This document shows, one piece after another, positions 24,225-36,617 of a DNA stretch of 64,000 nt. Location of the stretch: contig CAJINV010000001.1 of assembly GCA_905178155.1 (NCBI GenBank), positions 6,295,860 through 6,359,859 of the forward strand, given 5' to 3'. Position 1 is the first letter of the stretch. Each line of letters starts with the position of its first letter. Made by a program: the position numbers and the translations under genes. The DNA comes from Amoebophrya sp. A120 (Eukaryota > Protista > Dinoflagellata). Below the pieces are notes generated by a model that saw nothing but the letters and a program-made list of their open reading frames with translations, had not been told where the DNA came from and did not search any database.

Positions 24225-25544
24225 ATGTCAGAAGTCGCTCCCCAGGCTTCGGGTTCTTCGCCCGCCACCTGCGTGGATTTGTTGGAGAACGAGGGCACTG
24301 CGTACATTTACCTCGATGGCGTGACGACCGTTACCTTCTTCGACGGTCCGGCGCCACTTGAACAGCTGAAAAGCCGGCTTGTCCAGATTGTGAAGGCGTC
24401 ACCTTGGGTGGCAGGGAAGCTGGTGACGTCGAAGGGGAGACCGGGGGAGAGCAAGAAGGGCACCGTGCAGATGGCGTTCGACCCAGCGCCGAGCGAAGAC
24501 CTGATCCTGAGCACGCTCCTGCAGGAAACTGACGCTCTCGAGCTTTCCCCCACCCTGCCCTACGAGCACCTGACAAAGGCACTGTCGAAGAGCCCCGTTA
24601 AACCGCACGTCACCACGGGTTGGGACATCCTGAAGAAAGGTCTCTCGTACACCAAGGTCACCGTCGCGCGCGGCAAAAGCGGCACCAGCTGGGCACTGAT
24701 TTTCTCGGTCTCGCACGTGGTTGCGGATGGCTATACCTACTACAAACTGCTTGGTATGTTTTCCGGATCCGCCCCCATTATTTCGTTGAACCCCGTGCGG
24801 AAACCCGCCTTCCTGCCGGCGGTGAAGCGCGCCGTCGGCGAGGCGGAGTACAAAACCGTGATGGGTGCACCTTCGCTGATCGTGAACTATTTGAGCAACA
24901 TGCTCTTCGGCAAAACGCCCCGGGTCTACGCCTTTTACGTGGACGCGGAGAAAATTGAAGCGGCGAAGAAACAGCACAAGCTCAAGAACGCCGGCGCCGA
25001 TGGAACCGATTTCGTTTCCACGAACGACATTCTGACGACGTGGTGGGGCCGGCTGACGCGGGCGCGGCTCCTCGAGATGGCCTTGAACTTCCGGGGGCGG
25101 ATGACGTCCGACCCGAATCTTGTGTCCGAGGACGCCGGCAACTACGAGTTCTGCATTTTGTTCTCCCCGCAGGACTTCCAAGACCCGTCCCTGATTCGTA
25201 AATCTTTGCAGCGGAAGGACGGCCGGTTCTGCAGCGTCCTGGACCCGCCACGACCGCTGCCGGGATGCTGGAGCACGATGCGGTGTCGGTACCGCATCAT
25301 CTCGAACTGGGCCAGCTTTTTCACGGACATCGAGCTCGAGGGCTGCACGCAAACCCTACACATTCCCTACCTGAACCCGAGCGAGATGCCGACCGATATT
25401 TGCGTCATTTTTCGCCCGACGCGGGACACACTCGGAGTCTACGTCGTCACACGAAAACTCAAGGACGAAGTGTTCGTGACCGGAGCCAACGGCGCAGAAG
25501 CGCTGCTGGGAAAACAGATCATGCAGTCGGCGGGAGCTAAGTGA
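24225..25544 (+). CDS. CoA-dependent acyltransferase (HxxxDG; BAHD/transferase-like)
   Basis: SHVVADGYTYY catalytic motif; VSTNDILT, NFRGR and SNW motifs; intronless 439 aa. Confidence 0.8.
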   Translation: MSEVAPQASGSSPATCVDLLENEGTAYIYLDGVTTVTFFDGPAPLEQLKSRLVQIVKASPWVAGKLVTSKGRPGESKKGTVQMAFDPAPSEDLILSTLLQETDALELSPTLPYEHLTKALSKSPVKPHVTTGWDILKKGLSYTKVTVARGKSGTSWALIFSVSHVVADGYTYYKLLGMFSGSAPIISLNPVRKPAFLPAVKRAVGEAEYKTVMGAPSLIVNYLSNMLFGKTPRVYAFYVDAEKIEAAKKQHKLKNAGADGTDFVSTNDILTTWWGRLTRARLLEMALNFRGRMTSDPNLVSEDAGNYEFCILFSPQDFQDPSLIRKSLQRKDGRFCSVLDPPRPLPGCWSTMRCRYRIISNWASFFTDIELEGCTQTLHIPYLNPSEMPTDICVIFRPTRDTLGVYVVTRKLKDEVFVTGANGAEALLGKQIMQSAGAK

Positions 25545-28500
25545 TGTCAAAGGAAATAGTATACGTTAAGTTACTTACAAACAAAATAAAAAATGAGCGT
25601 TGCAATAGTAGTCCTAGTACTGCTTTACGCTTCTGTATTGTCGTGGACATGGTGAGCTGCATGACGATGACCCGCTATCGTAGTAAAATTCTGCTGCACG
25701 ACATGAAGCAGGAGCCTGCTGTGAGCGTGAGGTAGAACAAATCCAGGCATGAACGTGATCATCAAGAAAGAACAAGGACGAAGATGTAGTGTCCCTGCTC
25801 GTCGTCCTCTGGGCACTTCCTTGTGGTACACGCTCGCTCGCCATCAACGTTCGCATGGCGCTGCGCGACAGATGATGGCAATAACGGTGTTTACGATGCA
25901 GGGTGGGTACTACAGCTAAGGCTCGTTCGTGTTCTCGAAGAATGACTTGAGTAATATTATTTTCAGATGAGGTGAAGCGCCTGTTGCAGCGATCGTCTTT
26001 TAGGTGCAATACGGGCTTTTCCGGATGCTGCATTCGAGATTGATGCGTTGATACACATGGAGAGAGAGAGAGAGAGATGAAAGAGGGGAGTGCGTTTTTT
26101 AAGAGTGAGATCGTGTTGAAATAGAAATATATGCTTATGTTTGTGATAGATGCTGAATAAAAGTACGTCGCGCCTGCATTATCTGCGACTTGGTTTAATA
26201 ATGGCCACGCCGTGTAAGGCTCGCCCGGCTTCGCGCCCTCCCCGTCGCAACGAGGTGCGCCGAGAATTACTGTCGCGGAGTTGTAGCGTAGCAAAGGAGA
26301 CGCAGCCGGTCGCCCAGGATTGCCGGCCTTTTTTTTTCAGGAGGCGGCGCGGCCACTGATCTGGTTGGCGCGCCGCCTGCCCTGCTCTTTTTCGTTGCGC
26401 GGCCGCCCGCCTCGTGCGCGCGGTATGTTGGCGCGCGCTTCTCAGCCCAGCCCTCGCCCGTGGGCCCTCCGGCGTCGCGCGCGCGCCCCTGCCTCCCTCT
26501 TCTCGGCGCGTGGGCGCCGGCCCACTGTTTGATGGGGGCAGCGGCCTTCTCGTCGGCCGCCCGTCCGTCTCCGTGTTTGTGGCTCTGAACGTACGTCAGG
26601 GGGCATCATGGTCGTTGGCTTGTCGGCGCGCGCCTGCTTCTTGGTTTTGGCCGAAGGAATTACGCGGGCGGGGCGCCAACAACATCAAGAAAAGTTGGCT
26701 GTGGTCGCCATTCGTTGGGGTTGGAGGGCGCGCGCACGCACATGGTTGCTACAGCTAAACAACAAGCGCAAGCACAATCTTCCGACGCTGGATGCATGGC
26801 CACGACGCGCTTTCGATGCGTGGTCAGCTACTAAATCTTCCGACATCTCCTCGCTGTGAAACTGCCTGTCGTGTTCGGGAGCAATCGTAGTTCAGATTGA
26901 TTCAGAGCGCACAACGTATCATTCAGACGCGCAGAACCGCTGCTGGGAAAACAGATCATGCAGTCGGCGGGAGCTAAATGAAAGGGATATAGTACTGGTG
27001 TATACGTCTAGTCAGCACCACAATTGAGGGGTTTAGTATTGGTCGTCGTAGTACTTCTGCTTAAGCTTATGTATCGCCACGGGCATTGTGACCTGCATGA
27101 CCCGCTATCGTAGTACAAATCTGCTGCGGAAGATGAACCAGGTGTAACACTAACAGGAGCGGAGCCTGCTGTGAGTGTGAGGTAGAAATCGCGGCATGAT
27201 CATGAAAGAACAAGGATGTAGTGTCCCTGCTCCTCTGGACCTCTATTGTACACGCTCGCTCGGTCGTCAACGTTCGAAGGAATGGTGCCGCACGACAGAT
27301 GGCAATATATAATGTTGATGAAGATAGTACAGGGCGGATAATACAGCTAAGGCTCAGTCGTGTTCTTGCAGAATGACTTGAAGAGTATTGATGTTCAGAT
27401 GTTGAGGTGAACCCGTTGCAGCGAGCGTCTTTTAGCGGTAGTTCGGGCTTTTGCGGACGCCGCATTCGAGATTGATGCGTCGACATTCGTGGAGAGAGAG
27501 AGAGAGATCAGAGAGGAAGTGTCTTATTTTTTGAGGGTGATGACCTCGTGAAATTGTTATGATGGATGCATGCAAAAGTAAAAGTCGCAAGTACAGTATC
27601 TGCGACTTGTTGGTTTAATACCCAAAGAAACAGAAATGGCGCCACGGGGAAGAGCGCGAGCACATCGAGGTGGAAATGAAAAGCAAGAGCGACAGGATGT
27701 TGAAGCGCAACAACTCCACTACTGGCGCAGGTTTTTTAGCAAGTTTCCACGAGCCACCCAGGCCAGCACCCTACGCGCGCGCTGCAGTTCGAGTTCCGCC
27801 GCAAGCCAGTCGCCCGGCGTCTCAGTGAGTTTTCTCTCTGGAGGAGCGCACCCATCGAGTTCGAGCGGGCAGAACTGCGCGCCGCTTTCGAATGGAAGCG
27901 CAGCCCCGCCGGCCCGCGGCCTGCTCTTTCGTCGCGCCGCGCCCGCGTCGCGTCTTTGCTGAGGAAGTTGCGCGCGGGCGCCCGCCTCTGGCCTGGCGCG
28001 CGGCAGATTGGCGCGCGCGCTCCCCGGCCCATTCTTTGGACAACGTGAACAAGATCAGGACTTGTACGATGACGATACGCACGAAGACGATATCTACGAC
28101 TACGGCGACGATTTTGAACAAGTTCAAGGGGTCGTGAAAAATTCTGTTCCGGCACAGTGCAAAAGGCAGAAACAGGGCCCCGGTGGAGGTCGGAATGGAG
28201 CTGCGCGCGGGCCTCCCGGCGCTACGCGCGCCGGCCCCCTGCTTGAGGCCGCGGGCCTGTCGTCGGCCTGCCGCCCGTGCTTGCAGCACTGATCGCCGGG
28301 TGCGCCCGTCGAGTCAATTCCAATTGTCGGCCCGCCCCGGCCCGCCATTTGGGTGTTGCCGAAGTTTGTTCGGTCGCGCCGTGGTCTGTTTGACTTTGGG
28401 CGATCGAATTACGTGGGGCGCCGGCAGGGGGAGGGGCAAGAACATACAAACAAAAGTTGGCCGCGGCCGCCGTTCGACGATGGAGCGCGCGCACGCACAA

Positions 28501-29890
28501 GCATGGTTGTTAAAGCGAAATAACAAGCGCAAGCCCAGTCGCGAGCTAGTCAATGCATAGCCGCGCGCTTCCGATGCATGGTCAGCAGCATCGACTAGGG
28601 CTTCTGACATCCCGCAGTGAAATTGCCAGTCCTCGTGTTCGGGAGCAATCGTTCAGATTCAGAGCGCACTAAGTATGGAGATGAGGCCCCTAACAAACAT
28701 GAGCCGCGTGAGTGGATGTATGTTCCGTCGATGTATGTTTGTAGAAGGAAGAGGATGGTTGAAGATCATCTGAAACAGGATTTCTAAATCTTCTTTTTCA
28801 AAAGTAAGAGCTTAGCTTCTTTTCGGGACGAGGAGTAGACTTTCCGTACGTGTTCAACGAATTAGAAAGTAATCAGAAGGTGAGGGTGGGACGACGAAGT
28901 ACTACGAGTAAAAAAGAGGAGCCATAGAACAATGAGCACCGCTTCGAGCAATAATTGTAGAGTGGAAGAGCAGCAAGAGCAAGAGGTGCTCTCGCCTCAG
29001 TGGCTGCGATCTTTACCGAGAAGTGGGACCATTTTGCTCCGCGCCACGACTAGAAGCGCCAGAGCAGGAACGCAGAGGGCAAAACAAAATGAAGAGACAA
29101 GCCTCCGCCGTCGCGTTTTGGCAAAGCCAAAGCAACAACGTCGCCGCCGCGCAGCTGCGCCAGAACGTGAGCAACCAGAGCGGAGGCGCCAAGCTGCAGG
29201 GCCCTCCGAGCAGTATGGACATGATGGGCATGGAGATCGATCCCTAGCGCCGCGGCGGGAGGGATGAGCGACGTCTCGGCGCTGGAGATAGCGGGCGCGA
29301 CATCTTCGCTTGGGCGCCAGCCCCTTGCTTGCTCGCGGAATGTTGGTGCGCGCGCGCCCCGGCCTATCGCGCGCCCGCGCGGGGGCCTCCCGGCGCCGCG
29401 CGCGCGCCCCTGCGTCTCCCTTCTTGGCATGGGCGCCGGCCACCTGTTTGAGGCAGGGGGGCAGCGAGCTTCTCGCCGGCCGCCCGTCCGTCTTCGTCGT
29501 GTTTGTAGCACTGAGCGCCGGGGGGCGCGGCCGCTCGGTCGCTGACTAAGACTTGTCGGCCCGCCCCAGCCCGCCTGTCTTGTTTTGCTCTATGGCTTTT
29601 GATCAATCGCGCCGGCCCACCTGCGTCCTCTTTCCTTTGTGACCGAATTACGTCGGTAGCCAGCAACATTGTCAAGAAAAGTTGGCTGTCGCCAACAAGC
29701 TTACGCGCAAGAACAGTCTTCCGTCGCTGGATGCATGGCTACGACGCGCCTTCGATGCGTAGCCAGCTAATAGAGCGCCCGACATCTCCCAGTGAAATTG
29801 CTCGGCTTCGGGAGCAATTGTCCAGATTCAGAGCTCACTATAGTATTTGCAGTGGGATGAAACCACTAACGCAAGCCACTTGAGTGAGTG
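25501..29890 (+). repeat. Degenerate tandem array of about 3 units (~25501-26930, 26938-28720, ~28720-29890)
   Basis: 40-bp exact copy of the acyltransferase 3' end (25501-25540 = 26938-26977) with ~650 bp of further similarity, including (GA)n tracts at ~26059 and ~27491; shared tail ttcgggagcaat...ttcagagc.cac at ~26875, ~28640 and ~29807. Confidence 0.85.
27636..28140 (+). pseudogene. Decayed coding-like cargo in array unit 2
   Basis: Protein-like fragments (GGNEKQERQDVEAQQLHYWRRFF; EQDQDLYDDDTHEDDIYDYGDDFEQV) in different frames, separated by GC-saturated sequence. Confidence 0.4.
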
Positions 29891-30821
29891 CAGTAATTGA
29901 TTTAGATTTTGTTGATTTGATGTGGTGGAAGATGAAGCTGAAGTTTGTAAATGTCAACATAAGGCAGAGTTGTTATCAATGGCATTCATGATCAACTTGA
30001 TGATGCATATTGTCGCTTGCTCTCTGGCACGCGTCACATCATTCTGAGTACGCACCGCACCGAGGAAGTAAGCGAAGACCAGCACTTTCTCTTTCTGATT
30101 TTGTAATCCGTTTGATATTCTAACAAGTATTTGCTTCTCGTCGGTTTAGATTGTCGTCCGTTAATATTATGGATCGATGCGTTAATATGGGTCGTCAATG
30201 AGAGAGGTTTCGTGTGGCCACGTCGCTGAAAAAAAGTAATTTTGTTCGTTTATCACATCAGACGAATTCAAATTCAAGTAGCAGTGGATCAGCCTCAGTT
30301 CGTGGTCCTCCTCCTTCTCGCTCTCAAAGATAGAAGGGTCTGACTTCTAATATTGGTCTAGCTATGGGAATGGGATATAATATGGAATCTTAGTATGTTA
30401 CTACTGGCTTTTGCCTTTGAGCATAGACATAGTCGTGTTCGTGTCGGGAGTTCGAGTTGATAGCATCTGTGTATCACTACATCAAAACAACGTGATGAAT
30501 TCGAGGGAAATCGTACCAGGATAGTTGTTTCCCTTGGTCGTGGTAAAAGAAAAAGTGTATTTTCAAACCGTGAAGACAGACACATCTTCAAAAAGAATTG
30601 ACTTCGTTCGTTGGCTTTTGGTTGGGTGTCACTCATTTTGAGTATCGCTATTCTAAAAGGAAAATCATACTCAACCTCCACAATCAATAGCATCGGCACG
30701 ACAAGACCAAGATACTTTTTCTTTGAAAAAGGTAAAGCTAAAGCAGAAGCGAAAAAAATAATTAAAAAAGCAGAGTCTGAGTCATTAATATTCTTCCACG
30801 CCGAAACAATTGGACAAGGAG

Positions 30822-32700
30822 ATGAACGCTGCGCGCCAACAATTTTTCCAGGAAAAGGACAAGCGTGTCCAGAACAACGGAGGAGGTGGATCCAACGCCA
30901 GCATGACCATGATGAACAACAATCCCAACAACAACCCCGATTTTCGGCACCAGACGCGGCAGAACCGCATCACGCACACCCAGGTATTGGATTCGATCCT
31001 AGTTAGTGGTAGCAACAAAAATCGGCCACGGCATAATAGAAATAGACGAATGCGACTGGATTCTAGATGAAATTTATCAACATCCACCATTTCGATTTCT
31101 TTCGTTATTTTTATTTATTCACACACAGTTTCTTCTTCTTGTGTACATAAACGAGCAAATCACTCGCTGTAACCCCAAAACAGGACCTGGACGATTTCGC
31201 CATGCAGAATTCGAGTTCCAGTCCGGAAGATGAGCATCAAGGGCTGCAACTGAAAGAGAAACTGGGGCTGACTCCGCAAAAAATGGCGGACGCACGGCAA
31301 AAGCGAGCAGTCGCACTGAACAGCAAAATTTTCGTCCAGGGGTTGCAGTCCGAGATCGACTCGAAAATCTTGCAGGCGGAGCAAGAGAAGCGCGAATCAG
31401 AGAGTTTCCACAACGCAAAGCTGAATAAGCTCCGGGCTGACAAGCGGCGGGCGACGGAACTCGAGGGGGCGACGGACTTCCTGACGCACATGTGCAACGA
31501 CAAGTTAGACGCGGGAGATGTGATCGACCACGGTATGTGTGTTAATGTTTGATGATGTGCTGTTTGTTTATTTTCATAGATGGCGAATGCACATGCAGCT
31601 ACATCGTACATTCACATGGTAACGAGGATGCAGATCATGCAGGAACGAAGTAAAAGTAATCACTTTAGCTTCCAGTTTTGTCATTCGGGTCAGCAGCACC
31701 TGCACTACAAGGACGAGGATGTTGTTGATGAGGTGCTTTCAATGTTGTGTCTCGGCCAACATTAGACATCATGAGCATGACCATGAGACGAGCAGCTTAT
31801 CGTCTGCATTGTCTGCAACTGCATTGACGTCCTTGTTCGTCTTATTAGTTACATTGTTTACTTTACCGCCTTTCTGTACTGATACAAACAGTGCGCCTCT
31901 CCGGTAAAAAGCGCAGGAGCAGCAGCATCAACCCCCATGCGCATGGTGCGGATCAGAGCGCCACCCCCGGGGGGACGACCACGACCGCGGGGGCTAGCAA
32001 CAACTTATCAAATGTGCCCCAGCGAGGTGGTTTCGAGTTTAGCAAGCATTTGTTCTATTTCCAGAGTAGCGTCCTCGGAAATGATATAAGTAGATATAAC
32101 GATGAAATACTTGATAGTAATGGCGATAGCGATGTAAGTACATAGATATAGGTCTTGGAGATGCATGTGGTTATTGCTGCATAGGCTAGCAGATAAAACG
32201 TCAATTCGCATATAGGCAGAACTTAGCAAATTGATGTATGTAGGGATCTGAAATACATACAACTGCGAGAAAAAATGTCCCCTCCCCATATCGAAAAGGA
32301 CATTTGTGACGCTAGATTTGCGTACACGCTGGATTTGCAGTCGTGAAGCTTAAGCTTCGGGATGAAGCCCTGTCTTCTATAATTAGCTGCTCCCTGGTAG
32401 GACGATTGGAGTGAGGGTTTTTCGCATTTTTGTGTCAAGACAATGTTGCACGACATCAAGTACTCTCGTCATCGTCTTGATATACTTGCACTTGGTCCAA
32501 TACTTTCTTACTCTCGAAGCCAGACTCGAAACTACAACATCGCTGCATTTTTATTCACAATACCAGGGCGGGCCCAACGGAGCCTTTGGCGGCGGGGGCC
32601 TATTCGGCAACAACGTGACCGTGCCGTTTGCCGGAGCCGTCCATCCGCAGGTGCTCTTGCAGCCCAAAAACCACGTCTTTGGCACCTGGAAGTATGCAGT
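30822..32700 (+). CDS. Hypothetical multi-exon protein (exon 30822-30983, GT-AG intron 30984-31183, exon from 31184; later exons and end uncertain)
   Basis: In-frame junction ITHTQ|DLDDFAMQN; coiled-coil-like second exon; further coding-like patches at ~31690, ~31890-32025 and ~32567-32690. Confidence 0.5.
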
Positions 32701-33117
32701 TTGTCCGGAGTCCACAACTTCTTCGACTCACCTCTGTGGTCTATCTACTTATACTTTGCAGTTATCATGGCGAGCATCATACATTGTTGCTATCTACAGA
32801 AAGAAAATGAAAAAGAAACAGCTTGAGCTAGTATCTTTCACACTTGAAGATAAAGTGCAAAGAGCGGCAGCGTTGGCATTGCAGAATCCAACTACGTGGT
32901 CGACCACTTGCACTCCTTTGCGAAATAGAAACGCTTGCTGCATGATTACCAGCGCTAGCTGCATCTGTATTAGTTTCGCGGCGGCTCTCTTCCTCCTTAT
33001 CAAGAGACCAAGCCGAAACTTGGCGCGCGCTGATGTTGCGCTAAATTGAATCTCATAGTGATAGTTTTAATTTTCCCCAGTACAATTTCAGTTTGATACC
33101 ACAATGGAGTGGGCCCA

Positions 33118-33213
33118 GGTGCTACACTGGAGTGGTGTACACTGCAAAAATCTCTATCTTGACTCACAGGAGACGAAACTGAAAGGGTATTGGTGCCACT
33201 CCAGTGTAGCGCC
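33118..33213. repeat. Inverted repeat (18-bp arms, 60-bp spacer), MITE/hairpin-like
   Basis: ggtgctacactggagtgg (33118-33135) vs ccactccagtgtagcgcc (33196-33213), 17/18; partial extra copies on both sides. Confidence 0.75.
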
Positions 33214-35136
33214 GGCACTCCAGCAGTGTAGCATCGGCAAGGGTGCTAGACTGCTGGGGTTGGCACAGGTGTGGGCGACATCACTATCACGGAATCAACG
33301 TACGACAGTGCGACTGCGAGTGTGTCAGGCTTGCCCTTGCGAATGAGCGAATTGTAAGTATAGCACAGCACGCAATTAGCACAACCGCAAGGACTGCACC
33401 TTCGTTTCCTCGTCTACGTCTGTGCCTGTTTTCGACGTTGTAATCAGGAGACGTCTACCTCCCCGCCGCTTTCTGCACCACCGTGCACCACACCCTTGGC
33501 TTTGGTTCAGCCTAGGTCTAGGACGAAACAAAATGTTGTCCGAGCAGGTGTGTGTGGGTACGGCATGACGAACGGAGGTAGCGCGTGCGTCTTTGCAAGA
33601 TGGCCTCTTGCTTACTATTTTCATCCCCTGGGCTTTTGTTTTATCCTCCTCCTACTTCACGCGTTCGGGTTCCCCTTGGTCTTGCTTCATCCTCTTTTGG
33701 TCGAGATTGTTGCAGTGTGCGAAGACTAAGATCTGCATGTTCTGCTCAGCCACGATGTGCAGCTGTTTTTTGTGGGTTTACTACATAGGCTTGCGCTCAT
33801 CGACGGACTCGCTTTTATGTATCTTGTGCTGCCTCAGCCTCCGTGTCCAAGTCAGACTCAGAACAGACCTTTCTATTTCTTCATCAGCAGCCGCGGGCCG
33901 CAGCCTTTCTTGTTTTCTCTCCACTTTATTTTGTTTTATATGCATCCCAGAAAGGTGAGGGGTGAAAAATCCGCCCCTCCCGATGAAGCTGAAGGTCAGC
34001 GAAGCAGTTTTTACTTTTGGCCTCTTGTTTTTTTTCCTTTCTCCCCACCTAGAGGCGAGCACACATGTTGTTTTTTTTCTTTTCTCTTCAAGTAAAACTA
34101 AAATGCAAAAGGTCCTCGGACTTTTTTCGGAAGGTAAGAATGTTCATCTGAAGCTTCAAAAACTCTGGGAAAGTTTGCACTCAAAAAAAAGTTGCGCTCT
34201 AATAATTGCGCTCGAAAAAAGCCCCGCGGCGCAGCAAGCCTCCTGCTCTGCGCTGCGCTCAAAAAGTTGCGCTCTTGCTGGGCGCAGCCTGCGTCCAGCA
34301 AGAGTTTTGGTCTTCCATTCTTCTGAAGGTTCAAGTGTTGATTTTTTTTGACCTGTGTTCGAAGACCTTCGAAAGACACCAAAATAACCTCAGAAGACCT
34401 TCCGAAGAAGAAGTTTCTGCAGGATGGTAGGAACTTTTTGAAGTCGTGTGGTCATTTCCCTATGCGTACGGTAGGCTTGTTTTTCCCACACGATGTGGAT
34501 GTCGCTCCCTTGTTTTTGGCAATCTCGAAGCGCATCAACGATGAACACATGAGGAGAATGAGAAAGAAGAAGAAGTTGAAGTTTAGCAATGCCATAAATT
34601 TCAAATGACCGGTAACGGCTCGTCGGGTTTTGGACAATACCAGAAAAGGACGCCAGGAGCGGCGCCGTTCACCTCGAGCAGCAACATTTTTGCCGGGCCC
34701 GGCGACGAGGACCAGGACGCGGCTATGATGGCAGATCACTAGGCAGCATGATAATGAAAGTGAAACTAATTATATCTAAATCTAGGTATATCGGGAAAGG
34801 TGGGTTCCTCGAGTTACTTCTAGAGCTAGACCTACAGTTTCTGGATTTATCAGCCACAAGTTCGTCCAACACCAAGATGTGCTGCAGCCGCAGATCCAAT
34901 CTTAGTTATTTGCTTTTAATGACCAGACTCGTGCTTTCTAATGTCTATCTCAATAGATACGCTTCAGCAAAAATGCAGTTTCAGAAAATCTTTCTATAAA
35001 TCTACACCACAAAATCAGGCACAGATAGATCACAGAATAGTTCGCCACACAGAACCTACCAGCAAAATTTGTATGATCTCTTATCAAGTGAAAAAGAAAA
35101 TGCCTACCGAGGTGATGGTTTGTCAGAGGCAGAAAT

Positions 35137-35330
35137 TGTTAGCAATTTAATTCACATTTTCAATCCGAGATTTCGCTCCGAAGGTTTCACTCTTGTATTC
35201 AGATTCGTCCTACAAGAAATCTAATGTCCTTTATGTTAGCAATTTAATTCACATTTTCAATCCGAGATTTCGCTCCGAAGGTTTCACTCTTGTATTCAGA
35301 TTCGTCCTACAAGAAATGTAATGTCCTTTA
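35137..35330. repeat. 97-bp tandem duplication (2 copies, 1 mismatch)
   Basis: Unit starts tgttagcaatttaattcac at 35137 and at 35234. Confidence 0.95.
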
Positions 35331-36617
35331 TTGTTTGAGATCGTTGTTTTCAAAGTCACTCTTCCGACACGAGTTGTGCTGTATTGAGTGTCGTAGTCGC
35401 TTCTCCTTCTGTGTACATTAATATTAGATCAGAAATATATTCCTTCGACTAGGATGTGCAGTTTGTTGCAGGAGCAGACAACGAAGCACTCTGCGATCTC
35501 GAAGTGGAAGTTTGGGAAAAAAGGAGGTGCATCATTAGCCTAGTGAGGTGTTGTGGCCGATTTATGCTGGTGGTTGATTCGCAAGAAGAGTGTTGCACTA
35601 AGCAAGCTAGAAGAGCAGAAGTGTCTCTTGGAAGACCGCTCTCAGCGGCGACTGCAGATCTCGTTCATCTTCATGGTGGGAGTGGAAGATGAACGTGAAA
35701 CCGTTTGTCGGAATGTTTTCTGGAGTTGAAGATTTCGATTTGGGATACAATTTACAAATTATGCAAATATGTATTGACGCCGGCCTGCAGAAAAACTACT
35801 AACTTCAATTTCTAGCGTGAAGAAAGTAGTAGTTGTTTGCTGAAATAACAAACCATGGGCGCCTGAGTGGTGCGACCCTGTTCTGTGCAGTAGGATGAAG
35901 CCGAACCCGAAGTCGAAGTGTGTCCCGGAATATTATCTGTGTTTGTTTATTGTAGTAGCACTCCCGCTCGAGCAAGAAATGAAAAAATGTGCGAACGTTT
36001 GCATTTTCTCGATCATAGATACAGGGAAGTGGGCGTGATGGTGATCTATTTGTCGTGATGCTCCAGTGTAAAACGAACATCGAACATGTGTCACTAGGAC
36101 ACATCGTCCATGCCGGAAGTGGAGGTGGATGATTGTGTTGAGTAACGAGCAGTGGTTCTTTGTCCTCGCGGGTGCGTCAATTTGAAAGCGAGAGCGAGAG
36201 GTTCGCGGCCGAGAGGATGATTTGTGTGAGCCGCATGCCACTTTGTTCGCCTTACATGAGCGCTCGGACGCCTCTGGTATCGACAGGGATAGCGGAACAT
36301 CTGCACCAGGAGAAGCAAAACGCCTGCTCGTGATAAGATAATTTTCTGAAGACACGAACTACAATTATAACTAACATGATAAACATGAAGAACAAGAAGG
36401 AGAAGCTGGGTTCTTGTGGTTGTCACATCCCTGTACCGTGACCATCCACTGAAAGTTATTTCTTAATATTCGCGTCCGACAAGGTGTGTCGCTGTTTTCC
36501 TTTTCTATAGCTCTGCTGCCTGAAGGATTGTCGTTGGAGAACTTGAAACCCTAGTCGTCAGCTTCACGAGACGCCCTTCTGATATTTTGTTTTTTGATTT
36601 CGAACGAAACAAGGAAC

